Source of the DNA: Gemmatimonadales bacterium
Lineage (GTDB): Bacteria > Gemmatimonadota > Gemmatimonadetes > Gemmatimonadales > GWC2-71-9
DNA: 64,000 bases
NCBI GenBank assembly: GCA_035699205.1
Contig: DASSBA010000209.1
Coordinates: forward strand, 2,062 to 66,061
Reading direction: 5' to 3'
Shown here piece by piece: positions 26,539 through 37,283 of the stretch (its first letter is position 1; each line of letters starts with the position of its first letter). The notes beneath the pieces were generated by a model. That model saw only the letters and a program-made list of their open reading frames with translations. It had not been told where the DNA came from and ran no database searches. The position numbers were made by a program, and so were the translations under genes.

Positions 26539-27797
26539 CGAGAATCAGTAGGCGGATGCACGGGCGGTGGCAAGCTCGAATCGGCAGCGGTGATCACGCC
26601 ATCGGCGGCGATCCGCGCGCCGGACGGGCCGAAATCCTCGGCCGAGAGCCGGCGCAGCTCGTCGATTGCCGCGCCGTCCGGATCGGGGGCGGGTCCCTCA
26701 CCGGGGTGCTGCACCATTGGCACGAGCCGGGCGAGCCGGAGCCGCCGGTCGGGCCCGAACTCGAGCTGGAGTACCCCGGTGACGCCGCGCGGGCCTTCCA
26801 GATTGAAGCCGCGATAGGTGACGAAGTTGCCCAGCGAGTAGACCACCGGCTTACCGCGGTAGAACTCGATTCCCCGGAGTACGTGCGGCCCATGGCCGAC
26901 GACGGCATCCGCGCCGGCGTCGATCACGGCGCGGGTCCACCGGCGGAGGTCGCCCCGCGGCTCGCGGCCCAGCGATTCGGCGGCCTCCGGCACGTGCAGG
27001 GCCCGCAGGCCCTCCGCGCCGCCGTGAAACGTGACGATCAGCAGGTCGACGAGCGGCCGCAGCGAATCCACCACGGCCGCGCTCCGGCCGATGTCGAGCA
27101 GGTCGTACGAATGGGGGTAGGTCGCGAACCCGAGCAGGCCGACGACCGTCAGGCTGTCGCCGCGGCGAACGCTGTCGATCGCGATGCGTCCGAGCGGGCC
27201 GTAGAGCCGGATGCCCAGGCTGTCCAGGATCCGCTCGGTCGACTCGCGCCCCGCGGACCCGTAATCGTTCGCGTGATTGTTGGCGAGGTTCAAGTGGGTG
27301 AAGCCGGCCTCCACCAGGCGCGGCGCGAGCGCGGTGGGTGTGCGGAAGGCATAGCAGCCCGGCACGGCGGCAGTGGTGTCCGTGGTGGTGTGCCGCTGGG
27401 CGCGGCGCGGCGGCGGAGGCGGCTCGCGGAGGATCTCCGCGCATTTCTCCGACGTGCCGGTGTCCGCGAGCACGCCCTCGAAGTTGCCGATCACCATGTC
27501 ACCGGCGAGCGCGGCACGGGCGCGCGCGAGCAGGCCGCGGCCCGTATCCGGCGGCACCCCGTCGGGCAGCGTGCTGGTGCCGAGGTTGATGTCGCCGACG
27601 AAAGCGAGCCGGACGGGCGCGAACCGGCGAAGCGGCGGCGGGGGAGGGCGCATGGGTCTGGGGCTCAGCTGCGGGCGCGCCGGCGCCGGCCGCGCCGACA
27701 CGCTGTCGGGCGCGGGCCGCGGGCTGGGCGGGATCGGATGGCTGGCGCACGCCGCGATGCCCGCGAGGGCGAGCGGGAGGCCGGCCCGGCCCATCAT
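26535..27797 (-). CDS. CapA-family (PGA_cap metallophosphatase-like) lipoprotein
   Basis: Lipobox LAGIAAC. FVGDINLG, LANNHANDYG, VTFHGGAEG and GHGPHVLRGIE motifs are typical of CapA/YwtB-type proteins. 4-nt overlap with gltX. Confidence 0.8.
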   Translation of the reverse strand: MMGRAGLPLALAGIAACASHPIPPSPRPAPDSVSARPAPARPQLSPRPMRPPPPPLRRFAPVRLAFVGDINLGTSTLPDGVPPDTGRGLLARARAALAGDMVIGNFEGVLADTGTSEKCAEILREPPPPPRRAQRHTTTDTTAAVPGCYAFRTPTALAPRLVEAGFTHLNLANNHANDYGSAGRESTERILDSLGIRLYGPLGRIAIDSVRRGDSLTVVGLLGFATYPHSYDLLDIGRSAAVVDSLRPLVDLLIVTFHGGAEGLRALHVPEAAESLGREPRGDLRRWTRAVIDAGADAVVGHGPHVLRGIEFYRGKPVVYSLGNFVTYRGFNLEGPRGVTGVLQLEFGPDRRLRLARLVPMVQHPGEGPAPDPDGAAIDELRRLSAEDFGPSGARIAADGVITAADSSLPPPVHPPTDSR

Positions 27798-29251
27798 CCG
27801 TGAGCGACGCGGGCGTCGCCGCCGTGGCCCCAGCGGGCCGCCACCTCACCCAGGCGGGCCAGCGCCGTCGACCGATCCATCACGGCGAGCAGCTCGTTCA
27901 CCGGCTCGGAGACGGTGGACCCGGTGAGTGCCACGCGCACCGGCTGCATCGCATCGCCCAGCTTGAGTGCGTTCGTCTCCGCGACCCGCTTGAGGCAGTC
28001 GAGGATGGGTGCGGTGGTCCAGGCGGTGGGCGGGAGCTGCTCGAGCGCCGCCGCCGCGAGGCGCAGGTTGGCGGCGAACGCGCCGCCCATCTTCCGGATG
28101 AGCGCCTCGCCCCTGGAGTCGAGCGTGCCCCGCGCGGGGTCGAGCCGGACCGCCACCCGCTCCGCGATCTGGAGCATCGTCCGCGAGCGGGCCTTCACCG
28201 CATTTACCAGCGGGGCGAGGTCCCGGCCCGCGGCCGGCACGTTCATGCGCGCGAGCTCGCGCTCTACCGCCGGTACCAGCTCCGCCGCGGGCAGCGCGGA
28301 GAGATACTCCCCGTTCATCCACTCGAGCTTGGTGATGTCGAAGACGGCTGCCTTCTTCTGGATCCCCTCGAGCGTGAACAGCCGGATCATCTCGGCGTCC
28401 GTGAGGATCTCCCGGTCGCCGCCGGGCGACCAGCCGAGCAGGGCGAGAAAGTTGCGCATGGCGGCCGGCCAGATCCCCAGGTCCTGGTAGTCGCCCACCG
28501 CGGTGGCGCCGTGCCGCTTCGAGAGCTTCTTGCCATCGGTGCCCAGGATCATCGGCACGTGGGCGAACACCGGGGGCGCATGGCCGAGCGCACGGTAGAG
28601 CGCGATCTGCTTCGGCGTGTTGGAGATGTGGTCGTCTCCCCGGATCACGTGGCTAATCCCCATGGCGATGTCGTCACTCACCACCGCGAGGTTGTAGATG
28701 GCGGTACCGTCGCTCCGGAGGATCACGAAATCGTCGAGATCCCGGCCCTGGAAGCTGATGCGGCCATGCACCGCGTCGTCCCAGGCGATCTCGTCATCCT
28801 GCAGCAGAAAGCGGAGCGTGAACGGCGTGCCGGCCGCGAGACGCGCCTCCAGTTCCGGGGCAGCAAGGCGGCAGCACCCGCGATCGTATCGAAACGCGCT
28901 GCCGGACGCCTCGGCCCGCGCGCGCTGGGCCTCGAGCTCCTCGCGGGTGCAGAAGCAGCGGTAGGCCTTGCCTTCGGCAAGGAGTCGCTCGGCGTCGGCG
29001 CGGTGGCGCGGCCCGTACTCGCCCTGGAAGAACGGTCCCTCGTCCCAGGGGATTCCCAGCCACCCGAGGCCGTCCAGGATCACCCGCGTGTGCGCCTCGG
29101 TGCTGCGCTCCCGGTCGGTGTCCTCGATGCGCAGCACGAAGGTGCCGCCGGTGTGGCGCGCGAACAGCCAGTTGAACAGCGCCGTGCGGGCCCCGCCGAC
29201 GTGCAGGTAGCCGGTGGGCGACGGGGCGAAGCGAACGCGCGGAGTGGTCAT
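27794..29251 (-). CDS. gltX: Glutamate--tRNA ligase
   Basis: MTTPRVRFAPSPTGYLHVGGARTALFNWLFAR...LRIEDTD...KLSKRHG (HIGH and KMSKS-type motifs). The track ORF 27794..29734 runs on through the tRNA gene and is an artefact upstream of 29251. Confidence 0.92.
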   Translation of the reverse strand: MTTPRVRFAPSPTGYLHVGGARTALFNWLFARHTGGTFVLRIEDTDRERSTEAHTRVILDGLGWLGIPWDEGPFFQGEYGPRHRADAERLLAEGKAYRCFCTREELEAQRARAEASGSAFRYDRGCCRLAAPELEARLAAGTPFTLRFLLQDDEIAWDDAVHGRISFQGRDLDDFVILRSDGTAIYNLAVVSDDIAMGISHVIRGDDHISNTPKQIALYRALGHAPPVFAHVPMILGTDGKKLSKRHGATAVGDYQDLGIWPAAMRNFLALLGWSPGGDREILTDAEMIRLFTLEGIQKKAAVFDITKLEWMNGEYLSALPAAELVPAVERELARMNVPAAGRDLAPLVNAVKARSRTMLQIAERVAVRLDPARGTLDSRGEALIRKMGGAFAANLRLAAAALEQLPPTAWTTAPILDCLKRVAETNALKLGDAMQPVRVALTGSTVSEPVNELLAVMDRSTALARLGEVAARWGHGGDARVAHG

Positions 29252-29270
29252 GGGGCCTGCCGGATGCGTG

Positions 29271-29306
29271 AAAGGTGAAAGGTGAGTGACTTCACCTTTC
29301 ACCTTT
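29271..29306. repeat. Hairpin with tandem 7-mer arms: (GGTGAAA)x2 / (TTTCACC)x2
   Basis: 15 perfect bp (29271-29285 with 29292-29306) and a 6-nt loop. It lies 13 nt past the 3' end of tRNA-Ser and 19 nt before the gltX start (both on the minus strand). Confidence 0.8.
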
Positions 29307-29319
29307 GGGTGTGGTCGGA

Positions 29320-29409
<90 letters not shown>

Positions 29410-29548
29410 AGAGGCGTGCAAAATCGCCGGTCTTCGACATCCAGGCAAGGGTTCGGCCATGTCTCCGGGACTTGCGGTGGCTCCCGGACCGTACAAGGTT
29501 TGACCTCCCACGAACTCCCAACCCGGACCGCGACGAGGACCCCCCCGC

Positions 29549-29956
29549 TTGATCGCTCCCGTGCCGCAGGGCGAGCGCCCTCCCGGCGGATACACCGTCC
29601 TGGTGGTGGACGACGAGGAGGCAGTGCGCCGGCTGGCGGTGCGGATGCTCACCTGGACGGGCTATCAGGCCATCGAGGCGCGGCACGGGCGCGAAGCGCT
29701 GGCGGCCATCGAGCAGCACAGCGGTCCGGTCCACCTCGTGCTCACCGACATCAAGATGCCGGGGATGAACGGCCGCGAGCTGGGCCGTTGCGTCGAGGAG
29801 CGGTGGCCCGGGAAACCGATACTGTACATGTCGGGCTTCGCGTCGGAGGTGTTTCAGGGCGGGCTGCTCGAGCCCGGGGCGCCCTTCCTGGCCAAGCCGT
29901 TCACGCAGGAGGATCTGACCGCCAAGGTCCGCTCCCTGCTGGAGTCCGGCGCCTAG
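29549..29956 (+). CDS. Stand-alone response regulator receiver (CheY-like) protein
   Basis: VLVVDDEEAVRRL...LVLTDIKMPGMNG...PILYMSGF. The start is TTG at 29549, or possibly GTG at 29561. Confidence 0.85.
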   Translation: MIAPVPQGERPPGGYTVLVVDDEEAVRRLAVRMLTWTGYQAIEARHGREALAAIEQHSGPVHLVLTDIKMPGMNGRELGRCVEERWPGKPILYMSGFASEVFQGGLLEPGAPFLAKPFTQEDLTAKVRSLLESGA

Positions 29957-30117
29957 CCACAGTTCGGTGTTGCGGGATCACGGCATACCGGTGCCGGGCG
30001 TGGCGAAGCTCGCCCGGCCACGAGGGCACGGATGCCGGCCAAGTGGCATAAATGTTGATCTTTCAGGCACGTCCCCATAGGCTTCGCCTCTGTTGGACGA
30101 CCTGTCGAGGCAGTGAG

Positions 30118-31413
30118 ATGACGTCACTCGAGGTGGCGGTCCAGTCCCGGAAGCGGCCTTCGCTTCCGGGCAGGGGCCCCAGAGCATCCTTGCGCATCAT
30201 TTGCCCCACCTACTGGTATCCCCAACACGCCGCCGATACCCAGGCCACGTACGTCCACGACATTAACCGCCACCTGGTGCGTCGGGGACATCGGGTCACG
30301 GTCGTGACGCCCGGGAACCCATCGATCGCGGCGAGCGACAGCTTCGACGGCGTCGACGTGGTCCGGTTCCCCATGGAGCTCCCGGTGGACCTCACCTATG
30401 GCCGGGTGGCGCAGAGCCGGGTAAACATCTGGGGGAAGTTCGCGCGCCTGGCGGTCATGGCTCACTATCTGGAGGCGCAGTACCGGGCCACGCTCGCCGC
30501 CGTCCATGAGCGGGGAGCCGATGTGGTCCATGCGCACTGGGCCATCCCGACCGGGCCTGCCGCGGTTCATGCCGCCCGGCGGCTGGGACTCCCGAGCGTC
30601 ATCACGATGCATGGGGGCGACGTCTACGTGAATCCGGCGCAGGGCTATGACTTCCCGACCCGGTGGTACGTCCGGCCGGCTCTCCGGTGGACCCTCCGGC
30701 ACGCCGCGGCCCTTACGGCGATCACCGAGGACTGCCGCCAGCACGCGCTCCGGGCAGGCGCCCCCGACCGGTCGGTGCACCTGGTCTTCAACGGCACGGA
30801 TCTGCGGCGGTTCAGCCCGGCGCCGAACGGCAGCCGCGCGGTGGATCCGCGGTACGGGGCACACATGATTTTCGCGTGCCGCCAACTGTTCCCCCGGAAG
30901 GGGATCCGTTTTCTCATCGAGGCCGCGGCGGCGCTCAAGCCGCGCTTCCCGGACGTGAAGGTGGTCATCGCGGGCGACGGCTTCGAGCGTCCGGAGTTGA
31001 TCAGTCTCGCCGAATCCCTCGGAATCGCCCGCGACGTGACCTTCCTGGGCTGGGTCCCGAACAGCGAGCTGCCGCCGTACTACCGCGCCGCCGCGGTGTC
31101 GGTCATCCCGTCGCTGGAAGAGGGGTTCGGCATCCCTGCCGCGGAGGCGATGGGCTGCCAGACGCCGGTCGTCGCGAGCGATGCGGGCGGGCTGCCCGAG
31201 GTGGTGGAGAACGGCGTGACCGGTCTGGTCGTCCCCCGCGGCGACTCGAGCGCACTCGCGGACGCCATCGGCACCCTGCTGGCCGATCCCGCGCGGCGGG
31301 TGCAGATGGGCCGCGCCGGCCGGGAGCGGGCGCTGCGCTTGTTCGACTGGGACCGGACGGCCGAGCAGCTCGAGCGGATCTACGCCGACGTGCTGCCGAG
31401 GGCGGGCCGGTGA
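30118..31413 (+). CDS. Glycosyltransferase family 4
   Basis: GHRVTVVTP..., C-terminal EEGFGIPAAEAMGCQTPVVASDAGGLPEVVENGVTG. The start is ambiguous: ATG at 30052, ATG at 30118, or TTG at 30190 (which gives the typical MRIICPTYWYP). Confidence 0.85.
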   Translation: MTSLEVAVQSRKRPSLPGRGPRASLRIICPTYWYPQHAADTQATYVHDINRHLVRRGHRVTVVTPGNPSIAASDSFDGVDVVRFPMELPVDLTYGRVAQSRVNIWGKFARLAVMAHYLEAQYRATLAAVHERGADVVHAHWAIPTGPAAVHAARRLGLPSVITMHGGDVYVNPAQGYDFPTRWYVRPALRWTLRHAAALTAITEDCRQHALRAGAPDRSVHLVFNGTDLRRFSPAPNGSRAVDPRYGAHMIFACRQLFPRKGIRFLIEAAAALKPRFPDVKVVIAGDGFERPELISLAESLGIARDVTFLGWVPNSELPPYYRAAAVSVIPSLEEGFGIPAAEAMGCQTPVVASDAGGLPEVVENGVTGLVVPRGDSSALADAIGTLLADPARRVQMGRAGRERALRLFDWDRTAEQLERIYADVLPRAGR

Positions 31414-32267
31414 CTGATCGGCTGTTCTCGTTTCGCTGGGACATCGATCACCGGGTCTGCATCACCGACGGGCTGCCGCGCATTTCGGCCGTCTGCCGCG
31501 ACTTCGGGGTGCCCAACACCTTCTTCGTCAATCTGGGCCGCTCCACCAATCTCCGCGAATGGCTGGGGGACGGGATCGCCCGCTCCAAGGCCAAGCTCGC
31601 CGACCGCGAGGCGGTCCACCTGATCAAGAAGACGGGCTGGCCCCGCTTTCTCATGGAGACCGCGCTCGCGCGGCCCGTGGGCCTGCGCTTCATCCCGGTG
31701 CTGCAGGCGCTGCAGGCGGAAGGTCACGAGCTGGGACTGCACGGCGGGATGGATCACGTCATCTGGAGCCGCCGGTTTCACGAGCTCGCCGCCGACGAGC
31801 TGAGCGCCGATGTGGAGCAGTCGCACGGGCACTTCATCCGCCACTTCGGCCCTCCGGCCGGATTCTCCTCGCCCGGCTTCTACTCCGACCAGCGCGTCAT
31901 GCTGATTCTGGACCGGCTCGGCTTCCTGTACAACGGCGACGGGATCGGCGGCGAGCCGCATCGCGCGATGGCCGTCGGCCGCGCGCTGCGCCACTGGACC
32001 ATCCCGGTCACGCTGTCCGGGCCCCGCACGATCCCGTTCCTCGAATATCACGGCGCGCGCGAGACGCCGGAGGCCGAGGTGCTCCGGCTGCTGGACGAGC
32101 ACCTCGAGGCGCACGACGAGGTCGTCCTGTACGGCCATCCCTGCTACGAGGGCGTGCGGGAGGCGATGCTCCGCAAGGTCTTCGCGCGCGTGATGGAGCA
32201 CGGGTTCCGCTTCGTCACGATGCAGACGATGGCGGAGCGGCTGCAGGCGGCCACCTCCGCGCGATGA
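31410..32267 (+). CDS. Polysaccharide deacetylase-like (CE4/NodB-type) protein
   Basis: FRWDIDH...PNTFFVNLGR...GHELGLHG. The GTG start overlaps the GT4 stop. The family call is made from these motifs only. Confidence 0.65.
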   Translation: MTDRLFSFRWDIDHRVCITDGLPRISAVCRDFGVPNTFFVNLGRSTNLREWLGDGIARSKAKLADREAVHLIKKTGWPRFLMETALARPVGLRFIPVLQALQAEGHELGLHGGMDHVIWSRRFHELAADELSADVEQSHGHFIRHFGPPAGFSSPGFYSDQRVMLILDRLGFLYNGDGIGGEPHRAMAVGRALRHWTIPVTLSGPRTIPFLEYHGARETPEAEVLRLLDEHLEAHDEVVLYGHPCYEGVREAMLRKVFARVMEHGFRFVTMQTMAERLQAATSAR

Positions 32268-33376
32268 TTCGCGTCCTGAGCGTCTTCGGCACCCGGCCGG
32301 AGGCGGTCAAGATGGCCCCGGTCGTGCGGGCGCTTCGCGCCGCGCCCGAACGGTTCGAGAGCGTCGTCTGCATCACGGCCCAGCATCGGGCCATGCTCGA
32401 CCAGGTGCTCCAGGTGTTCGAGCTGGAGGCGAACGCCGATCTCGACCTCATGGTACCGGGTCAGTCGCCGGCCGAGATCGTGGCCGGCGTCCTCGCCCGT
32501 CTCCCGCCGCTCATCCGCCGCGTCCGCCCCGACGTCGTGCTGGTGCAGGGCGACACGATGACCACCTTCGCGGCGGCCTTCGCCGCGTTCCTCGAACGGG
32601 TGCCGACCGGCCACGTCGAAGCGGGTCTCCGCACCGGGGATCGCTGGCAGCCGTTTCCCGAAGAGATGAACCGGGTGCTCGCCACCCGGATCGCCGCGCT
32701 GCACTTCGCGCCGACGGCCGCATCCCGCGACGCCTTGCTCGCGGAGGGGGTGCCCGCGGCCGACGTCTATCTCACGGGCAACACCGTCATCGACGCGCTG
32801 CTCCAGACGGTCCGGCCGGGTTATCGGTTCCGTACCCCGGCGCTCGCGGCGCTCGAGCCTGGCCGGCGCCTGGTGCTGGTCACGACCCATCGGCGCGAAA
32901 GCTTCGGCGCGCCGCTCCGCTCGATCTGCGGCGCCGTCCGCGAGCTTGCCGGCCGCTTCCCCGATCTCCAGTTCGTCCTGCCGGTGCACCCGAATCCCCA
33001 GGTGAAGGCCACGGTCGAGGAGTTCCTCTGTGACCTTCCGGCCATGCACCTGATCGAGCCGGTGGACTATCTCGAGTTCGTGCATCTCATCGCGCGGGCG
33101 GATCTGGTCCTCACCGACAGCGGAGGCGTGCAGGAGGAGGCGCCCTCGCTCGGCAAGCCGGTGCTCGTGCTGCGCGAGGTGACCGAACGACCGGAGGGGG
33201 TCGCGGCCGGTACCGCGCGCCTGGTCGGGACCGGGCAGGACCGGATCGTCGCGGCGGCCAGCGAGCTCCTGACCTCACCCGAGGCGTATGCCCGGATGGC
33301 GAACGCGGTCAACCCGTACGGGGACGGCCATGCCGGCCAGCGGATCGCCGCGGTGCTGGCCGAGCGGTTCGGATGA
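32264..33376 (+). CDS. wecB: UDP-N-acetylglucosamine 2-epimerase (non-hydrolysing)
   Basis: MIRVLSVFGTRPEAVKMAPVV...VLVQGDTMTTFAAAFAAF...HVEAGLRT...DSGGVQEEAPSLGKPVLVLR. Confidence 0.92.
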   Translation: MIRVLSVFGTRPEAVKMAPVVRALRAAPERFESVVCITAQHRAMLDQVLQVFELEANADLDLMVPGQSPAEIVAGVLARLPPLIRRVRPDVVLVQGDTMTTFAAAFAAFLERVPTGHVEAGLRTGDRWQPFPEEMNRVLATRIAALHFAPTAASRDALLAEGVPAADVYLTGNTVIDALLQTVRPGYRFRTPALAALEPGRRLVLVTTHRRESFGAPLRSICGAVRELAGRFPDLQFVLPVHPNPQVKATVEEFLCDLPAMHLIEPVDYLEFVHLIARADLVLTDSGGVQEEAPSLGKPVLVLREVTERPEGVAAGTARLVGTGQDRIVAAASELLTSPEAYARMANAVNPYGDGHAGQRIAAVLAERFG

Positions 33377-34371
33377 AGCTGCTGGTCACCGGCGGGACCG
33401 GGTTCATCGGGTCTCACCTCGCGGAGGAGGGACGGCGGCGGGGGGCGAAGGTGGTGGCGCTCGGGCTCACCGCGCGGCCGGAGGACGCCGCCAACGCCGA
33501 GCTCCTCGCGCGGCAGGGGGTGGAGATCCTGCCCGGCAGCATCACCGACCCCGAGCTCTGCGAGCGAGCCATGCGCGGCGTCACGCACGTGTTTCACCTC
33601 GCGGTCGCGATGCGCGAGGGCGGGAAGGGCGACGAGTTCTTCGAGGCGGTCAACCTCGACGGCACCCGGCGGCTGCTCGAGGCCGCGGGCCGGGGCCGGG
33701 TCGAGCGATTCGTCTACTGCAGCACGATCGGCATCTACGGCCACCGCGCCCCGGGCATCACCACCGAGGAGTCACCGCTCCGGCCGGGGAACATCTACGA
33801 GCGCACCAAGGTGGCGGCCGAGCGACTGGTGCGCGAGCTCGCCCCCGGTGGTGCGGTGCCGTTCACGATCCTCCGTCCGGCGGACGTGTACGGTCCCCGG
33901 GATCAGCGGCTGCTCAAGCTGTTCCGGGGCGTGAGCGCGGGGCGTTTCCCCCTCTTCGGGGCCGGCGCGGGCCGCCGCCACATGGTGTACGTGGACGACG
34001 TGGTCTCGGCCTTCTTCAGGGCATGCGACCGGCCGGACGCGGTCGGCGAGGCGATGATCGTCGCCGGGCCGCGCACGTGCACGCTCCGCGAGCTGATCGA
34101 GCAGGTGCGCCGCGCCAGCGGAAGCCGGCGGTTCGGCCGCCGGCTCCCCCTCGCGCCGATGCTCGCGGCGGCGGCCGTGGTCGAGGACGTCTGCCGGCCC
34201 CTCCGCCTCGACCCGCCGATCTACCGCCGCCGGATGGATTTCTTCACCAGCGATTCCGAGTTCGATACGTCGCGCGCGCGCCGGCTGCTCGACTGGGCAC
34301 CGCGGGTGGAGCTGGAAGAGGGGGTGCGGCGGACGTACGAGAGTTATCGGGCGGCGGGGGCGCTGGACTGA
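33373..34371 (+). CDS. NAD-dependent epimerase/dehydratase (extended SDR)
   Basis: MKLLVTGGTGFIGSHL, YERTK catalytic motif. ATGA overlap with wecB. Confidence 0.88.
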   Translation: MKLLVTGGTGFIGSHLAEEGRRRGAKVVALGLTARPEDAANAELLARQGVEILPGSITDPELCERAMRGVTHVFHLAVAMREGGKGDEFFEAVNLDGTRRLLEAAGRGRVERFVYCSTIGIYGHRAPGITTEESPLRPGNIYERTKVAAERLVRELAPGGAVPFTILRPADVYGPRDQRLLKLFRGVSAGRFPLFGAGAGRRHMVYVDDVVSAFFRACDRPDAVGEAMIVAGPRTCTLRELIEQVRRASGSRRFGRRLPLAPMLAAAAVVEDVCRPLRLDPPIYRRRMDFFTSDSEFDTSRARRLLDWAPRVELEEGVRRTYESYRAAGALD

Positions 34372-34516
34372 TGGGTCGTGCATCAGTCGCCCGGGAGCGG
34401 GTCGAGGGCCGCGGAGCGGATCCTTCGGAGAGCCGTCGGGCAGGTGCCCGCGTGCGGCAGGATTCGTCGCTGCGCGTGCTATCATTCACCGGAACCGTCC
34501 CACTGGAGACCCCCTC

Positions 34517-35323
34517 GTGACCGGGCCCTGGCAGCTCCAGCTCTTCCGGCGCTCGCTCAAGAAGCGGCAAACCGTCGACGCGCTCATGGAACACCTGCCC
34601 CCGGTGGAGGGCCGCCTCTGCCTCGAGCTGGGCTGCGGCACCGGGCTCACCTCGCACTTCCTGCGCGAGCGCGGCGGCACCTGGGTCAGCTGCGATTTCG
34701 AGCGTGACCATGTCCGCTCGGCCAGGGCGCTGGTCGGCGACCGCGTGGTCCAGATCGGCGAGCGCGAGCTCCCGTTCCGGCCGGCGGCCGTGGACGTGGT
34801 GGCCGCGATCAACTTCCTCGAGCATATCGAGGACGACGAGCGCTTCTTCGCGGAAATGGTGCGCGTGCTCAAGCCCGGCGGCAGCTTCCTGTTCATGGCG
34901 CCCCGGGGGGACCACGGACGACCCGGGTTCGCGCTCAAGCGCGTGCTCGGGTTCACCGCGGACCAGGAGGGGTTCGGCCACGCGCGGGACGGCTACCCGC
35001 TGCCGGCGGCGCGGGCGATCATGGAGCGCCACGGGATCGAGGTGCAGGGGCAGGAGAGCTACTGCCGGCTCTTCACCGAGTCGCTCGAGGACCTGCTCAA
35101 CTACGCCTATCATCGCAAGGCAACGCAGGGAAAGGACACCGCCGAGCAGGACTTCCACGGTGACACGGCCCCGATGTCGGCCGATGCGCTGAACAAGGTC
35201 GGGACCGCGTACAAGGTCTATTCCGCCGTGTACCCGGCACTCCGCGCGTGGACCATGCTCGACCACCTCATCCCCTTCTCCGGCGGCTACATGATGGTGG
35301 CCTGGGGAAAGAAGGTCCGCTGA
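34517..35323 (+). CDS. Class I SAM-dependent methyltransferase
   Basis: LELGCGTGLTSHFL (motif I) and LKPGGSFLF. The GTG start is preceded by GGAGA. Confidence 0.8.
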   Translation: MTGPWQLQLFRRSLKKRQTVDALMEHLPPVEGRLCLELGCGTGLTSHFLRERGGTWVSCDFERDHVRSARALVGDRVVQIGERELPFRPAAVDVVAAINFLEHIEDDERFFAEMVRVLKPGGSFLFMAPRGDHGRPGFALKRVLGFTADQEGFGHARDGYPLPAARAIMERHGIEVQGQESYCRLFTESLEDLLNYAYHRKATQGKDTAEQDFHGDTAPMSADALNKVGTAYKVYSAVYPALRAWTMLDHLIPFSGGYMMVAWGKKVR

Positions 35324-35324
35324 C

Positions 35325-37283
35325 ATGTGCGGCATCGTCGGGGTCGTCGGCCCGGGAACGGTGGTGGAGGCGGAGCTCGCGCGCATGTGCGACGCGATCC
35401 GCCACCGCGGGCCGGACGACTGGGGTACGTTCGCCGAAGAAGGTGTCGGGCTCGGCATGCGCCGGCTCAGCATCATCGACCTCGCCGGCGGGCATCAGCC
35501 GCTCGCCAACGAGGACGGCAGCGTGCAGGTGGTCCTCAACGGCGAGATCTACAACCACGAGGCGCTCCGGCGCGAGCTCGTGGCGCGCGGGCACACCTTC
35601 CGCACCCGATCCGACACCGAGGTCCTGGTCCACCTGTACGAGGACGAGGGCGAGCGGATGCTCCAGCGGCTCCGCGGCATGTTCGCGCTGGCCCTGTGGG
35701 ACCGGCGGCGCCGGCGCCTGCTCGTGGCGCGCGACCACTTCGGGCAGAAGCCGCTGTTCTACACCGAGCACGGCGGCCGGCTGACGTTCGCCTCGGAGAT
35801 CAAGGCGCTGCTCGCGAGCGATCCCACGCTCGCCACCCTGTCGCCGTTCGCGCTCGACCAGTACCTCACGCTCCGCTTCGTCCAGCCGCCGGATACCTTC
35901 TTCGAGCGCATCCGCGCGCTGCCTCCGGCCCACTTCCTGGTGCATGAAGACGGGAGGACACGGATCGAGCGCTACTGGGACCTCACCTACGGACCCAAGT
36001 GGACCTACAGCGAGGCCGACACGCTCGACCGGATCGACGAGCTGCTGGCGGAGACGGTCGCGCTCCACCTCACGAGCGACGTGCCGGTGGGCGCGTTTCT
36101 GAGTGGCGGGCTGGACTCGACGCTCATCGCGTCGTACGCGGCCAGGGTGCTCGGGCCGGAGCTCCGCACGTTCTCCATGGGCATCCCGTACCGCGACCTG
36201 AACGAGCTCCCCGCGGCGGCGGCAGTGGCGCGGCGCTACGGCACGCGGCACTTCGCCGAGGAGGTGACCCCGTCGGTCGGCGCCGACCTGCCGCGGCTCA
36301 TCGCGGCGCTGGACGAGCCGGCGGACCCGCTGTCGATCTGCCTGCTCCACCTGGCCCGAATGACCGCGCGCGAGGTGAAGGTGGTCCTCGGCGGCGACGG
36401 CGGCGACGAACTCTTCGGCGGCTACGACCGCTACGCGGCCGACCGCTGGCTCGATGCCTACCGCGCGGTGCCGGCAGTGGTGCGGGATCTGGTCGCGAAT
36501 CAGGTGCTGCAACGGCTCCCGGACCAGTTCACCTTCAAGAGCTTCACCCACAAGCTCCGCTGGGTGGACCTGATGGCGCGGAAGACCGGCGGGGAGCGTT
36601 ATGCGGAAAGCCTGCAGTATTTCTGGTTCAACGAAGCCCGCCGCGCCGAGCTGTACACCCCCGGATTCCGCGCCCGCCTCGACGGGCGCCGGCCGGAGTC
36701 CTGCCTGCTCGATCTGTACGCCACCCGGAACGCGGACGAGGCGGTGGACCGGATGATGTACGTGGACGTGATGTCGCGGCTCCCGGGGCAGTCGCTCATG
36801 ATCCTCGACCGGGCGACGATGGCGTACAGCCTCGAGTCCCGCTCGCCCTTCCTCGACCCGCGGTTCGCCGAGTTCATGGCCCGCGTGCCGGTGGGCCTCA
36901 AGATCCGGGGGCGCCGGCTCCGCTACCTCGAACGACGGCTGGGCGAGCGGCACCTGCCGCCCGAGGTGCTCCAGCGGAAGAAGCAGGGCTTCGCCTCGCC
37001 GCTCATGTACATCATGGACGACGAAGTGCGAAAGCTCGCGCCGGCACTGCTGCTCGAGAGCGAGCTGGTGCGGGACGGCTACCTCGAGGGCGCCGCCGTA
37101 CGAGTGCTGGTGGACGAGCACCTGGCGCGCCGCCGGGACCATGGCAACCGGATCTGGCTGCTGCTGAGCGCGGAGGTCTGGTACCGCCGCTACATCGGTG
37201 GGCGAACCACCGCGGATCTCGAGGTGGAGCTGCAGGAGGCCCGGCCGCGCACGGCACCGGCGCTCGCGCGGAGCGCCCCATGA
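35325..37283 (+). CDS. asnB: Asparagine synthase (glutamine-hydrolysing) family amidotransferase
   Basis: MCGIVG N-terminal nucleophile. SGGLDS PP-loop (FLSGGLDSTLIA). Confidence 0.9.
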   Translation: MCGIVGVVGPGTVVEAELARMCDAIRHRGPDDWGTFAEEGVGLGMRRLSIIDLAGGHQPLANEDGSVQVVLNGEIYNHEALRRELVARGHTFRTRSDTEVLVHLYEDEGERMLQRLRGMFALALWDRRRRRLLVARDHFGQKPLFYTEHGGRLTFASEIKALLASDPTLATLSPFALDQYLTLRFVQPPDTFFERIRALPPAHFLVHEDGRTRIERYWDLTYGPKWTYSEADTLDRIDELLAETVALHLTSDVPVGAFLSGGLDSTLIASYAARVLGPELRTFSMGIPYRDLNELPAAAAVARRYGTRHFAEEVTPSVGADLPRLIAALDEPADPLSICLLHLARMTAREVKVVLGGDGGDELFGGYDRYAADRWLDAYRAVPAVVRDLVANQVLQRLPDQFTFKSFTHKLRWVDLMARKTGGERYAESLQYFWFNEARRAELYTPGFRARLDGRRPESCLLDLYATRNADEAVDRMMYVDVMSRLPGQSLMILDRATMAYSLESRSPFLDPRFAEFMARVPVGLKIRGRRLRYLERRLGERHLPPEVLQRKKQGFASPLMYIMDDEVRKLAPALLLESELVRDGYLEGAAVRVLVDEHLARRRDHGNRIWLLLSAEVWYRRYIGGRTTADLEVELQEARPRTAPALARSAP